63,479 bases of DNA, filler included, from 6 parts of 6 records of this genome joined end to end with filler, not necessarily neighbours in it; one strand, 5' to 3'. Positions 9,097 to 20,509 are shown, counted from the first letter of the whole stretch. The notes: a model not told the origin generated them from the letters alone. Program-made: numbers and translations.

Positions 9097-9487
9097 GGTG
9101 AAAATCCTCCCATATATCCTTCAATTTTTGCGCCATATCCATTGGCTCAAAGGGCTTACTAATCACTGCATTTGCGCCCAAGCTGAGTAGCTGATCGACT
9201 TCGTCAGCTTGCACCTTCGCGGTGATAAATACGATAGGTGTGTTTTGATATTGCTCGTTATTGCGAATTTCTGACAGCACACTGGGGCCGTCCATACCGG
9301 GCATCATGACATCCAATAGTATTAGCTGGGCCGGGAATGTTTCCAGCGTAGCGAGGCCTTCTGGTCCGCTTGCACAGCAGCGCGTGTCGAGGCCGCCTAT
9401 CGTTTTTAAGGCGATATCGGCGACGATTCGAATGTCCTCTTCGTCTTCAATATAAAGTACGCGTTCTAGGCTTTCATTGTGTGACAT
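9089..9487 (-). CDS. Single-domain response regulator (CheY-like)
   Basis: YIEDEED, LILLDVMMPGMDG, ITA, SKPF. Confidence 0.95.
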   Translation of the reverse strand: MSHNESLERVLYIEDEEDIRIVADIALKTIGGLDTRCCASGPEGLATLETFPAQLILLDVMMPGMDGPSVLSEIRNNEQYQNTPIVFITAKVQADEVDQLLSLGANAVISKPFEPMDMAQKLKDIWEDFHRA

Positions 9488-10640
9488 TGTAAGCCCCTGT
9501 CCGGTCCTTTTTACGCAAGTCGATATAAAACTCGGTGCCGTTTTTTACGCTGGAATTGAAGCTGAGTTCCCCCTCATGGTGCTCGACAATCGCTTTAGAT
9601 ATATGCAACCCCAAACCAGTACCACCGATAGCGCGTTGGTTGGAGCTATCCGCTTGGGTAAACTTTTCAAAAATATGAGGTTGGAACTCCTCGGGTATAC
9701 CTTTACCTTGGTCTTTCACGACGATTCTTATGCCGTGTTCAGTCTCTTCTGCTGAGACATACACTTCGGTGTTCAACGGTGAGAATTTCGCAGCGTTAGA
9801 CAATAGGTTGCTCATTACTTGCATCATTCGGTCAGGGTCGACATCGATACTCAGGTGGTCGGGGCACTCGCCCAGCACATAGCGCACCTGGTATTTGTCA
9901 CCGTAAACACGATTGTCGCTGATAGCGGTTTCCAAAAAGGATCTTAGCGGGATGCGGGTGATGCGATATTGCATCTTCTCCGACTCGATTTTAGAGATAT
10001 CGAGGATGTCGTTAATAAGTAAAAGCAGGCGCTCGCTATTTTTTTGGGCGATATCTATGAGTGCTTCACTTTTTTCAGGATCATTGGTCAACGCGCCTGA
10101 CTTGAGAATGTCCAGAGAAGCCTTGATCGACGTCAGGGGCGTGCGTAGCTCGTGACTGACGGTCGAGATGAATTCGTCTTTGATGCGTTGCTCATGAACA
10201 CGCCGCATTGCCTCACGTAGCTTTTCTTCTGTGTCCTTACGTTCTGAAATGTCTCGAACGATGCCGGTAAACATCCGTTGGCCCTTGATCAGCATTTCGC
10301 TGACGGCGAGCTCCATCGGGAAAACATCGCCGTTTTTGCGTTGGCCGCGTACCTCTCGACCGATATCAATGACTTTTTTGGTGCCGGTGGTCAGGTAGCT
10401 GTGAATGTAACCATCGTGTTCTTCGCGGTAGGGGCTTGGCATCAACATACTGACATTGCGGCCAACTAATTCCCGGGTTTGATAGCCAAATATCCGCTCT
10501 GCAGCAGGGTTTACAGTATCGATAAGCCCTTGATTATTAATCGTTATAACGCCGTCGACCATCGTTTCTAGAATGGCCTTGCTACGATTTAGCAAATCTG
10601 CAACAGCATCGGGTTTTGGCATCGAATTCAGATCATACAA
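9474..10640 (-). CDS. Cytoplasmic PAS (FixL-like) sensor histidine kinase; start may be the ATG at 10622
   Basis: PAS motif LMPSPYREEHDGYI; H-box SHELRTPL; N-box NLLSNAAKFS; G1 DQGKGI; G2 GGTGLGL. Confidence 0.92.
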   Translation of the reverse strand: MYDLNSMPKPDAVADLLNRSKAILETMVDGVITINNQGLIDTVNPAAERIFGYQTRELVGRNVSMLMPSPYREEHDGYIHSYLTTGTKKVIDIGREVRGQRKNGDVFPMELAVSEMLIKGQRMFTGIVRDISERKDTEEKLREAMRRVHEQRIKDEFISTVSHELRTPLTSIKASLDILKSGALTNDPEKSEALIDIAQKNSERLLLLINDILDISKIESEKMQYRITRIPLRSFLETAISDNRVYGDKYQVRYVLGECPDHLSIDVDPDRMMQVMSNLLSNAAKFSPLNTEVYVSAEETEHGIRIVVKDQGKGIPEEFQPHIFEKFTQADSSNQRAIGGTGLGLHISKAIVEHHEGELSFNSSVKNGTEFYIDLRKKDRTGAYNVTQ

Positions 10641-10724
10641 TCAGTAGGGTTGCCACGGTGTCATATGAGCTTAGTGCTTGTCTCACAAGGCTTTAACTGG
10701 GAATTGTACTTACCGAATAAGGCC

Positions 10725-13700
10725 TTAATGGAAGTCGTGAGAGTCCACATGTAGCGGGAAGAGCGCGCCGATATCACGCAGGGTGTGTGCGATGATGTGC
10801 GTCACTCTACTACCTGTCTGTTGGTCACTGTGCTGTATTTCACCCGTCACTTCCAGTATTCGCGCCGACAGGATGGCCTGGCGGTTTTCCGCTTGTTTCG
10901 CTGGCCACACAATGACATTGATGTTCCCAGTGTCATCTTCGAGTGTCATAAACAGTACGCCAGAAGCACTACCGGGGCGTTGCCGGCAACTGACGATGCC
11001 CGCAACGGTCAGCCATTGGCCATCTTTAATATCGCTCAGGCGAGCCGCTTGCTGATAGTGTTCGCAATACCCTTCACTGCGTAGCCACGCCATAGGGTGG
11101 CGACGGAGGCTTAGAGAGTTGTAGGCATAGTCATGTTGAATGTTCTCTTTCTCCGAGGGTATCGGTAGGGTAGCGGGTGCTTCAGTATTGTGGGTTTTGA
11201 CTAGCTGGCCGCTACCGCGGTGCTGCTGTATGTACCAATAGCTGCGGTAGCGATCTATTTCGAAGTCGTGAAATACATCGCTGCGCGCAAGTAGGTTGAG
11301 TTGGCTTGTGCTGAAATCGCCCTCACTGCGAAGTCGCTGAAGGCAGCTCTCCACTGAGGTAAACGCTTGTTGCTGGCGTAGCTGGCAAAGTGCTTGTGCG
11401 CTTTCATGAGACAGCCCCTTGATGGTTCGCAAACCGAGGCGAATTGCAGAGCGTTCTTTTTTAAATACCACACGGTGTTCCCAGTCGCTGTGGCAGGCAG
11501 AGACTGGGAGAATGGCTACGTCGTGCCGCTGAGCGTCCTGACAAAGCTGAGAAACAGAATAGAAGCCCATCGGCTGGCTATTGAGTAAGCTGCAGTAAAA
11601 GGCGGCAGGATGGTGACACTTGATCCAGGCCGAGGCGTAGGCGAGGAGAGCAAAGCTCGCTGAATGTGACTCTGGAAAACCGTAGGCACCAAACCCTTTC
11701 ATTTGGCTGAATAAGCGCTCTGCAAAGTCGAGGTCGTAGCCGCGCTCAAGCATGCCGTTCACCAATTTATCTTTAAAACCCGCTAAGTCGCCATTCTTCC
11801 CCCAGCTGGCCATTGCCCGCCGTAATTGGTCAGCTTCACCGCCGCTAAAGCCGGCGGCGACCATGGCAAGTTGAATCACTTGTTCCTGGAATATGGGCAC
11901 CCCGAGAGTGCGCTTGAGTACTTTTTCAATCTCCTTGTTTGCGTAGTGCTCGGCTTCTAAACCTTGCCGACGACGAAGGAAGGGGTGCACCATACCGCCC
12001 TGGATGGGGCCAGGACGTACGATCGCTATTTGAATCACTAAATCGTAGAAGCAGCTAGGTTGAAGGCGGGGAAGCATGGTCATCTGTGCCCGGGACTCAA
12101 TCTGAAAGACCCCAATACTGTCTGCGCGTTTGAGCATGGCATAGGTCTCTGCATCTTCTGCAGGGATATCACTTAGCCTGATATCTGTGCCCGCGGCATC
12201 ACTGATATACCGCAGGCTTCGGCGCAAGGCGCTTAGCATTCCTAAGGCCAAGATATCAATTTTCAACATGCCCAAGGCTTCCAGGTCGGACTTGTCCCAT
12301 TGAATAATGGTGCGCTCGGGCATGGCGGCATTTTCCTGGGGCACCAAGGTATTGATCGGCTCACGACTGATAACAAAGCCGCCAACGTGTTGAGACAAAT
12401 GCCGGGGGAATCCGATAAGGGCATTGACCGCATCGATGAATTGCTGGCCGCGGTGATCCGATGTGCTTATACCCAGCTCACTGAGGCGCAGGGCTAAGCT
12501 GCTTTGGTTGTCCCACCACGCCATATTTTTACTGAGCTGGTTGATGAGCTGGGTGTCCAAGCCCAGTGCCTTGCCCACATCGCGCACAGCGCTTCGGCGC
12601 CGGTAGCTAATAACGGTGGCAGCTAAAGAAGCATGGCTGCGACCATACTTGCGATAGATGTATTGAATCACTTCCTCTCGGCGCTCGTGTTCGAAATCGA
12701 CATCGATATCCGGAGGTTCATCGCGCTCCCGAGAGATAAAGCGTTCAAATAGCAGTTCGCTCCGGCTTGGGTCGACTTCCGTGATGAATAAGCAAAAACA
12801 CACTGCTGAGTTTGCTGCCGAGCCCCGGCCCTGGCAGAGGATGCCCTGGCTGCGGGCAAATTGGACGATGTCGTAGACAGTGAGGAAATAGTGCTCATAG
12901 CGTAGCTCAGCAATGAGGCTTAGCTCTTTATCAATGCTGCTCTGAACATCGTCTGGAACACCTTGCGGCCAGCGTTTCTCGGCGCCCATTTGGGTCAGCT
13001 CACGCAAAAATGCTGTGGCACTTTTTTCCTTGGGCACCAGCTCGGCGGGGTATTGATACTTTACTTCTTCCAAGTCGAACTGACAGCGAGCGGCAAGTTT
13101 GTCGCTTTCGTCTAACAGGGCCTGAGGGTAGTCGCGCGATAATAGCTCCCTAGGTTTTATATAGTATTCGCTATTCATCAAGGTGTTTCGGCCGAGTTGG
13201 TCAACGGTTGAATGCAGGCGAATAGCGCGAAGCACATCGAATAGGGGGTGGCGGCTGCGGCAGTGCATCAAAATATGGGGTGTGGCCACAAGCGGAAGTT
13301 GGTAGCGGCACGCCAGGTTATAGTGTTTGAGGTAATACGCTTCCTGTTGGGCAGTGCAGTGCAGCGCGACACCCAGCCACAGGCGAGCTGGGAACAAGGC
13401 CTTTAAATCCTTCAACCCAGTTGCGTCACATTTACTTTCAGGAAGATAGATCGCGAGTAGGTGCCGGTTAAAGCGCTGAAGCGCCTCCATGCTCAGGGCA
13501 TAATTGCCTTTGGCGCTATGCAAACGGCTGTAACTGATGAGTGAGCATAGCTCGCTGTAAGCTTGCCGACAGGGCGCGACGAGCAGCAGTTGGAATCCTT
13601 CCTGAAACTGGAAACGTGCGCCGCATATCAGCTTGATATTTGCTTCTTTGGCCGCTTGCCAGGCCCGCACTATTCCCGCCAGAGAAGCTTCGTCACACAG

Positions 13701-13808
13701 GGCGATTGCTTTGTAGCCATTCGCCTCGGCTTGGGCAACCAGCTCCTCCGGATGAGATGCCGCGCGTAAGAAACTGAAGTTGCTCTGACAGTTCAGCAGT
13801 GTGGCCAT
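10725..13808 (-). CDS. dnaE2: Error-prone DNA polymerase DnaE2 (start MATLLNC at 13808, 1027 aa)
   Basis: SNFSFL…SHPEELV, GRGSAANS, PPDIDVDFEHERREEV, YGFPESH, C-terminal SHDFH. Confidence 0.96.
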   Translation of the reverse strand: MATLLNCQSNFSFLRAASHPEELVAQAEANGYKAIALCDEASLAGIVRAWQAAKEANIKLICGARFQFQEGFQLLLVAPCRQAYSELCSLISYSRLHSAKGNYALSMEALQRFNRHLLAIYLPESKCDATGLKDLKALFPARLWLGVALHCTAQQEAYYLKHYNLACRYQLPLVATPHILMHCRSRHPLFDVLRAIRLHSTVDQLGRNTLMNSEYYIKPRELLSRDYPQALLDESDKLAARCQFDLEEVKYQYPAELVPKEKSATAFLRELTQMGAEKRWPQGVPDDVQSSIDKELSLIAELRYEHYFLTVYDIVQFARSQGILCQGRGSAANSAVCFCLFITEVDPSRSELLFERFISRERDEPPDIDVDFEHERREEVIQYIYRKYGRSHASLAATVISYRRRSAVRDVGKALGLDTQLINQLSKNMAWWDNQSSLALRLSELGISTSDHRGQQFIDAVNALIGFPRHLSQHVGGFVISREPINTLVPQENAAMPERTIIQWDKSDLEALGMLKIDILALGMLSALRRSLRYISDAAGTDIRLSDIPAEDAETYAMLKRADSIGVFQIESRAQMTMLPRLQPSCFYDLVIQIAIVRPGPIQGGMVHPFLRRRQGLEAEHYANKEIEKVLKRTLGVPIFQEQVIQLAMVAAGFSGGEADQLRRAMASWGKNGDLAGFKDKLVNGMLERGYDLDFAERLFSQMKGFGAYGFPESHSASFALLAYASAWIKCHHPAAFYCSLLNSQPMGFYSVSQLCQDAQRHDVAILPVSACHSDWEHRVVFKKERSAIRLGLRTIKGLSHESAQALCQLRQQQAFTSVESCLQRLRSEGDFSTSQLNLLARSDVFHDFEIDRYRSYWYIQQHRGSGQLVKTHNTEAPATLPIPSEKENIQHDYAYNSLSLRRHPMAWLRSEGYCEHYQQAARLSDIKDGQWLTVAGIVSCRQRPGSASGVLFMTLEDDTGNINVIVWPAKQAENRQAILSARILEVTGEIQHSDQQTGSRVTHIIAHTLRDIGALFPLHVDSHDFH

Positions 13809-13815
13809 GGCGCTT

Positions 13816-15224
13816 TCAGGAAAAAAAGCCGTGCAGGTACCACTGCTGACTGAGGCAGTCTTTAAATAGCCAGCACAGGCCGTGGTCATGGTGTCGGGCG
13901 ATGTAGTAGTCGCGAACCTGGCGTTGCTGCCACCAATTACTATCCAGGCGTTCTGGGCCCTGAAGTATTTCAAGGGGGCCCTGCCAGACCAATCCGGTGG
14001 TAGTGCGTTGAACCGGCAGAGGCGTCGGCAACAGCAAACTGGGCCTGAGCGCTTCACTGCTTGCCTCGTCGTCACGGTGTTCGCAGTTATAGTCGCTTAC
14101 GGGGCACGCAACGCCTTGTTGTTCCGGTAACACTCGGTCGTCTATCTTCAACTGTTGAAGCGCATTGTCACCTAGGCGCAGCTGCAAGCTGTTGATTAGG
14201 CGAAGTTGGGCGTCACTCTGCTCGGTGGCTTCTCTATGCTCGTCAAAAAGTTGCTGTTTGGTGGCTTCCAGGCTGACAAACTCTCTGCATTCCAAAGTAA
14301 TACCTTCTACAGCGCCAGCTAAGGTAAACCCTTCCAGCTGCAGAGCGATGAGTTCGAGAAGGTTTTTCCGGTGAAAGTGGCGGTGATTAACCGGCGTTTT
14401 CCAGTGCTGGCGTTCGCCGCTCAAATAGTGGAAGGTCCAGTGCAGGTCACGGTTTAAGCACTGGCGCAGACGTAAATAGACCTCTAGCTCTTTGAGCATG
14501 GCAGACATCGGAAAGCGCAGCTGATCACTCTGAAATAAGCCGCCATCAAACTGACGTTCACTGACAAAAACGTCAGCGGGTTGGTAGCGCTGTCTTGGGT
14601 CCTGCTTGCGCCCAGTTAGGCGGGCGACAAAGTCGGCCATAACCGGGTCGAAGCTGCTCAACAGTTGCTTGCGCGGCAGGTTAAGAACATCCCCTAGTCG
14701 CCTCAGGCCCATATTGTGCAGCGCTTCTAATTGGGCGCTTGGCAGCGGGAGCTGGCGGCAGGGTAGTGACGCCAGTGCGCGTTTTAGTGCATCGCGTTTG
14801 AGCTCGCCCTCGGCATTTACTAGATGAGCGGGGCGAATGCCTTGCAAGCTTAAGAGTTCTGCTGCCAAAGGGGTATTGCCCAGGCCAATATTTAACTGTA
14901 AGCCGCGTTTTCGATAGGCTGAAAGCAGGGCGCGATACAAACGCTGCAAGTTGCCAAATAGCTTGAGCGAGCGGCTCACCTCCAATAAGAGTGCGTTGGG
15001 CGGCGATAGACTGATGTCGTCGCTGAAGCGATAGGCCCAAAGAGCCAGGCGCTGCCAGTGGGCCTGTTCGCACTCGCTCTGCTGCGGTTGGCAGTAGAGC
15101 GAGGGGCAAAGCGCTAAAGCAGTGGTTAACGACATTCCCTCGGTAACGCCCGCGAGCCTGCTAGCGGCGTTCACCAGTGACACCTGTTGCTGTGCAATCA
15201 GGGCGCAGGGCTCGCTCAGCGGTG
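13816..15224 (-). CDS. imuB: ImuB Y-family polymerase-like protein, 5' truncated by the contig edge
   Basis: GMSLTTALALCP; C-terminal RP..L…GPERL…WW…RDYY…W.LHGFF; directly upstream of dnaE2. Confidence 0.92.
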
Positions 15225-15589
15225 NNNNNNNNNNNNNNNNNNNNNNNNNNNNNNNNNNNNNNNNNNNNTTAATTAATTAANNNNNNNNNNNNNNNNNNNN
15301 NNNNNNNNNNNNNNNNNNNNNNNNCTCCCTAACTTCCTGTTTGGGGCGGCATTTGCATGCCATTTCTCAGTCAGGCGCGTGTCCCGTTTTTTTTATATTT
15401 ATACTTCTTTATAAGGCAATTCTGATGCTGAAAACAATAGGGCGAATTCGAACTTCTCAAATGAGCCCAAAAATCCCCGTATTGCGCGACAGAAAACGCA
15501 ATCCAAAACACATGCGACGCCATTAATACAACCATAGATGCATACACGTTGATTTAAGGACCCTATCCAAGTTCTGCTTTGACGAGAAC

Positions 15590-16210
15590 TCAGCGATACG
15601 ACCGGGCAATAGAATCACTAAGCCGCCCCAAAAGGACACTCATGGCAGCGACAGTTGCCTCGGTTGTTGTATCCTTGGGAACCACGGAATCGGTAAACCG
15701 TTCGGATACGGCGGTTTCACCCGAATTGAAATTGACAATTTTCCAGCGCGCTGCGATCTGCACCGAACCGTCCGGCTGACGTTCGAACTGTCCCAGATCG
15801 ACCACGATCTGCCAGACAACCCCGTCGCGCGAGTTCCACGGGAATGTCTCGATCCGCTGCGGGCTCAACCGATGGTCAAGGTTTTCGATCAACACCCGCT
15901 GAATGTTTTCATCCAGCGGCTCGGCCCAGCGATCAAACTGGTTGATCACCAGCCGGTTGTCACTACTGCGCGTCACAATCTGGCTGCGATCAAGATGGCT
16001 TGGGATGGTTATCGGTCCCACCCCCATCACCGCCGTTCGGGTGGCCCCCGACGGGGCTGCAACATCGTCGGGGGATAACAGATAATAACGTTCCTGAACC
16101 GGTGTGCTGCACGCGGACAGGAAGCCAAGCGATGCCAATAACACCCCCGCGATCAGTCGCTTGCGAATTGTCGCCGTTGTTTTCGGTTTCATTTGCATTT
16201 CCCGCATCAT
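15590..16210 (-). CDS. pqiC: PqiC-family membrane-integrity lipoprotein
   Basis: Lipobox LSAC; YYLL; LDRSQIV; RWAEPL; follows pqiB. Confidence 0.9.
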   Translation of the reverse strand: MMREMQMKPKTTATIRKRLIAGVLLASLGFLSACSTPVQERYYLLSPDDVAAPSGATRTAVMGVGPITIPSHLDRSQIVTRSSDNRLVINQFDRWAEPLDENIQRVLIENLDHRLSPQRIETFPWNSRDGVVWQIVVDLGQFERQPDGSVQIAARWKIVNFNSGETAVSERFTDSVVPKDTTTEATVAAMSVLLGRLSDSIARSYR

Positions 16211-17892
16211 TCTTCCTCCCGGCGGCCCGGTTTGCCCAGGATCAGAGCATTCGGATTTTGTTCAAGGAAATCGGCCAGATCCCGCAACGACCTGGCTGCC
16301 GCCGAAAGCTCTTTCAGAGTTTCCTCAAAATTATAGCGGATCGGCGAATTCGGCGATGTCACGTCACGTACACCGCCAAGTGCAACCTGCGCGGATTCCA
16401 GCGCCTTCTGAGTGGCTGGCAACACGCTGGTATCAAGGTTCGTCACAAGCTGGTTCACCCCGGCAGCTGCCTGTTTCAGGCTATCCATGCTCTCAATGAT
16501 CGCAGGCGATGTAACAATGTTCTCCATCCCCTCGACAGTCCCCAACAGTCGAATGCCGATTTCCTCAATCGGGAATGTTTCAACCTTTTCAAGCAACGAG
16601 GACAGGGAATTGCTGATCTCATCGATCTTTTGCGGCAATGTCGGCAATTCTGGAATTTTCCCCTGCGCATCGCCCAGATAGCGGGGCGGCGTCACCGGAT
16701 ACATGCCCAGATCAACAAACAGCTGGCCGGTTATAAAGCTCCCGGTTTTCAGACGTGCCCGCAAACCACGTTCGACCAGAACATCCATGATCTTCGCATA
16801 ATCGACATCGGCGGTGTCCTGATTGCCGACCATTTGCACCCGTTCGGGCTCCAGCGTCACTTCAACAGGCACCCGGAACGATTGATTGGGAACGACATAT
16901 TCCAGATTGACGCTGTTGACCGTGCCGACGCGAATGCCATTGAATTCAACCGGCGCGCCGGGCGAAAGCCCGCGTACAGAGGAATCGAAATACAGCATGT
17001 ATTTCTGCGTGATGCCATACGCCAGAATTTCCGCCTGTTTACGGCTGTCGTTTAACCGGAACACCGTATCGGGTTTCGCTGTTTCCGAATTCAGGCTTTC
17101 GTCAGGCGTATAGAAATTGATGCCACCGGCCAAAACTGATCGAACAGATTGGGCACGCACCGATACGCCTTCCGCATTCAGATCAAGACTGATGCCGCTG
17201 GAATTCCAGAAACGCGTATCGCGCTTGACCAATCCATCAAACGGCTTGCGGACATAGATCGGGATCGACACCTTTTCGGCCGCGGAATCCAGATTGGTAT
17301 CAAGGACCTCGCCAACCTCTACCCCGCGCAGAAGAACCGGCGTTCCCGACGCGACTGAACCAAGTTCCTCCGCCATCAGGATAAACCGTGTTCCGTCCGA
17401 TCCATCAGGCACATATTCCGGTTCTTCCGATCCGGTAAACTCGCGGGCCTCTTGGCCAGACCTGTCTGGAACCGCTTCGATATAAGCCCCTGAAACGATG
17501 GTCTGAAGGCCGGAAATCCCCTGTGCGGAAACGCGCGGGCGTACCACCCAGAATTTGGTTTTATCGGTCAGATAGGGTTCAAAATCCGAATTCATCCGCA
17601 TCGTCAGAACCACATGCCCGAAATCCTCGCTCAGATTGATTTCGGTAACCTGTCCGACATCAACATCACGATACCGCACGGCGGTTTTGCCCGCGGTCAG
17701 TCCCTCGGCCGTTTCGAACGTCACGGTAACTTCTGGTCCTTTGGCTGCCGCATCGCGCCATAAAAGCCAACCGCCGATGATTAACGCGACAATCGGCACG
17801 ATCCAGATGACCGGCAGGTTCTGAAATGCCTTTTTCACATCGGGCCTGCCTGGCTGCCCCTGACCGGCATTCCGGCTGGTGTCGTCCGTCAT
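16207..17892 (-). CDS. pqiB: PqiB MCE-domain intermembrane transport protein
   Basis: WIVPIVAL TM segment, three MCE domains, helical C-terminus ending in PNALILG. Confidence 0.93.
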   Translation of the reverse strand: MTDDTSRNAGQGQPGRPDVKKAFQNLPVIWIVPIVALIIGGWLLWRDAAAKGPEVTVTFETAEGLTAGKTAVRYRDVDVGQVTEINLSEDFGHVVLTMRMNSDFEPYLTDKTKFWVVRPRVSAQGISGLQTIVSGAYIEAVPDRSGQEAREFTGSEEPEYVPDGSDGTRFILMAEELGSVASGTPVLLRGVEVGEVLDTNLDSAAEKVSIPIYVRKPFDGLVKRDTRFWNSSGISLDLNAEGVSVRAQSVRSVLAGGINFYTPDESLNSETAKPDTVFRLNDSRKQAEILAYGITQKYMLYFDSSVRGLSPGAPVEFNGIRVGTVNSVNLEYVVPNQSFRVPVEVTLEPERVQMVGNQDTADVDYAKIMDVLVERGLRARLKTGSFITGQLFVDLGMYPVTPPRYLGDAQGKIPELPTLPQKIDEISNSLSSLLEKVETFPIEEIGIRLLGTVEGMENIVTSPAIIESMDSLKQAAAGVNQLVTNLDTSVLPATQKALESAQVALGGVRDVTSPNSPIRYNFEETLKELSAAARSLRDLADFLEQNPNALILGKPGRREEE

Positions 17893-19175
17893 GATGACAT
17901 CCCCTGTTCCTTTTGCATTCCCGCCCGATCCCAGATCAGCCGCGGATCAAATGCCATTGCCGACAGCATGGTCATAATGACCACGGCACAGAAGGCCACA
18001 GCACCAAAACCCGGTGCGACGGTTGCAATATTACCCAATTTCACAAGTGCTGCCAGTATCGACACCATAAACACATCAATCATCGACCAGCGCCCGATCA
18101 GTTCGGTCACGCGATAGATCAATGTCCGTTCGCGAAGCGGCCCGGCAAGCCCCAAACCCGTTGCGGCATAAACCCAGCCAAGCAGGACAATCTTCATGAT
18201 CGGCACCACGATGCTGGCGGTGAAGACAACAATCGCAATCGGCCATTGCCCGGATTGCAACAGCACCACCACCCCGGAAAGGATCGTATCGGATTCCGCC
18301 CGCCCCAGATAGGTGATCGTCATGATCGGAAAAATGTTGGCCGGGATATAAAAAACGACCGCTGTCACCAGCAGTGCCCAGGCCCGCGACAGGCTGCCCG
18401 ACTTGCGATGATGCAGATGCGTCCCGCAACGCGGGCATTTGCCTCCGGTTTCCCGTGCGGCACTGTCCGTTACGACAAACGCACAGATCTCGCAGGTCAT
18501 CCAGCCTGTTGCCTTCTCCTGCCCGGTACCGACACGCAATTCTTCCAGATCCTCTAACGTCGCATAGCGCAAATTTTCCGGCGCCAGTCGCCGCCAGATC
18601 GTCCTTGGATCCAGCGTCGTGCTCATCAGCAATGTCGTCGGGATCAGAAAGCAAACTGCATAAAAGGCAGGCCCGGCAATGACATCGGCAAAATCCGTAA
18701 GCTTGGTCAGCGCGACCAGAAGTCCGATCAGAAACACATCAAGCATCGACCAAGGCCGAATAACAGCCAAAACACGCCAGACTGCCCGCAAGCCCGGCAC
18801 CACGAACCCGAAATAAAGCGGCGCGAGCACATAGATATAAGCCCCGATCAGCATCAGCGGGGCAGCAATCGACGTCAACGCGACCATAAAGGCCAGAAAC
18901 GGGAACCCCTCCTGCCAGAAGGTCACAACCCCGCTCAGCAACGTATTGCTTTCGGTGCGTCCTTCCATGGCAAAGGTCAGGATCGGAAATGAATTGGCAA
19001 TCAGAAACAGGACAAATGCTGTAATGGCAAAGGCCAGAGGCCGTTCAACCGTACCCTTCTGCGCCTCATACAAGGGCGACCCGCACCGGATGCAACGTGC
19101 CACAAAGCCCGGTGGAATGTCGTCTTCGACATGCAGGTAATCGCAATGTTCACAGGCAACAAGGCGATGCGGCAT
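17889..19175 (-). CDS. pqiA: PqiA inner-membrane protein (two PqiA domains)
   Basis: Two CxxC…CxRC motifs; PWSMLDVF and RWSMIDVF. Confidence 0.93.
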   Translation of the reverse strand: MPHRLVACEHCDYLHVEDDIPPGFVARCIRCGSPLYEAQKGTVERPLAFAITAFVLFLIANSFPILTFAMEGRTESNTLLSGVVTFWQEGFPFLAFMVALTSIAAPLMLIGAYIYVLAPLYFGFVVPGLRAVWRVLAVIRPWSMLDVFLIGLLVALTKLTDFADVIAGPAFYAVCFLIPTTLLMSTTLDPRTIWRRLAPENLRYATLEDLEELRVGTGQEKATGWMTCEICAFVVTDSAARETGGKCPRCGTHLHHRKSGSLSRAWALLVTAVVFYIPANIFPIMTITYLGRAESDTILSGVVVLLQSGQWPIAIVVFTASIVVPIMKIVLLGWVYAATGLGLAGPLRERTLIYRVTELIGRWSMIDVFMVSILAALVKLGNIATVAPGFGAVAFCAVVIMTMLSAMAFDPRLIWDRAGMQKEQGMSS

Positions 19176-19326
19176 TCAATCTTCCTGTTTCCATAAGGCA
19201 TTAGCGCACAATCTGGAAGTCATATGAGTAAGCGGCAGAATTCATCCCCTGTCAAATCCGATTGGCAAAGCCAATGGGTGGGCATGCCATATCGCCAAAC
19301 CCGAAAACAAACGCGATCCCAACCCT

Positions 19327-20226
19327 TTAGTTCCCGATTTGGGGCAAATAATGGCGCGCTTCACCCAGAACGATCTCATTAACCTGCGACAGCAATCCAC
19401 TTTGCATATTCCAGTGATGCCAATAAAGCGGCCGTTCGATTACATGCGGGCATGGCTGCACCAACCGTCCGCTCTGTAAACCCTCCGCCGCCTGATGCTC
19501 CTCAACCACGGCATAGGCGATACCCTGCTCGGCCACGGTAACGAAACCTTGTGAACTTGGCATCGTATGGGCCGGGAACTCGCCCGGCACCAATCCGAAA
19601 TACCGGTTTAAAAACTGGTTTTGCAATTCGTCATAGCGTGAAAAATTCACCGCCGGGCAGGATCGCAAAGCATCCGCCGTTACACCATCGGCAAAGTACC
19701 GGTCGCGGAATTCCGGCGACACCACCATGATATAGCGCATCGCGCCCAGTGGCCGCACCCGGCACCCCTGTATCGGATCGGGCCGCAAACTGACCGCACC
19801 CAGCACGGTGCCGGCCTGAAGTGCCTCGTGATTAAGTGCCTCGTCCTCGACCGTCAGATGCACCAGCAGGTCAAGCTCATCAAACAGCGTCTTGGGCACA
19901 TTGACAAACCATGTCGCCAGACTGTCGGCATTGACCGCAATCGCGATCTGGCCGAAACGGCTGACCGAATGCAGCTTTGGCAGTTCATCATATAATTCCT
20001 GCTCAAGCAGGCTGACCCGCTGATAATGCTGCAAAAGCCGCTTTCCGGCATCGGTCGCGGCAATCGGTTTGGACCGGATGATCAAAGGCTGCCCCAGCCG
20101 GTCTTCCAGCAACTTGACCCGCTGCGATATCGCCGACTGCGTCAGACCAAGATCACGCGCCGCCTTCTCAAAACTGCCATGACGGATCACCTCGGCGCTG
20201 GCTTGTAACAGCTTGTAATCGATCAT
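19327..20226 (-). CDS. argP: LysR-family regulator ArgP/IciA
   Basis: LysR HTH; IAVNADSLATWF; LYWHHW; divergent from a LysE exporter. Confidence 0.9.
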   Translation of the reverse strand: MIDYKLLQASAEVIRHGSFEKAARDLGLTQSAISQRVKLLEDRLGQPLIIRSKPIAATDAGKRLLQHYQRVSLLEQELYDELPKLHSVSRFGQIAIAVNADSLATWFVNVPKTLFDELDLLVHLTVEDEALNHEALQAGTVLGAVSLRPDPIQGCRVRPLGAMRYIMVVSPEFRDRYFADGVTADALRSCPAVNFSRYDELQNQFLNRYFGLVPGEFPAHTMPSSQGFVTVAEQGIAYAVVEEHQAAEGLQSGRLVQPCPHVIERPLYWHHWNMQSGLLSQVNEIVLGEARHYLPQIGN

Positions 20227-20509
20227 TTTATTGTCACTGCCTCATCCACCAGCCGCACACCTATTCATAGATGCATCATCAACATCCAAGGATGCATCAC
20301 CCCTATCAGGACAGCAGCACCTGTCGGCACAACTAACTACTGTATTGCTGAGCTGCTTAAACAGAGCCGAATGGTAACGGGGCTGGCCATACGCTGCCTC
20401 GCGCATTCTAATCATAAAATTTACTAATACTATATCATGATAATTCGATTTTCTTATTTCTTAAAACTGCTATCCCTGCCCCATCAACAGCGATTTTGCG
20501 GGATGAAAA

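Noticed and set aside
13809-14075. N-terminal extension of DnaE2 in the ORF track; similar extensions for tnsC, MFS, ABC-F, glnS and ccpA
   Set aside because: These extensions overlap neighbouring genes or lack family similarity, and downstream starts fit the family N-termini better.
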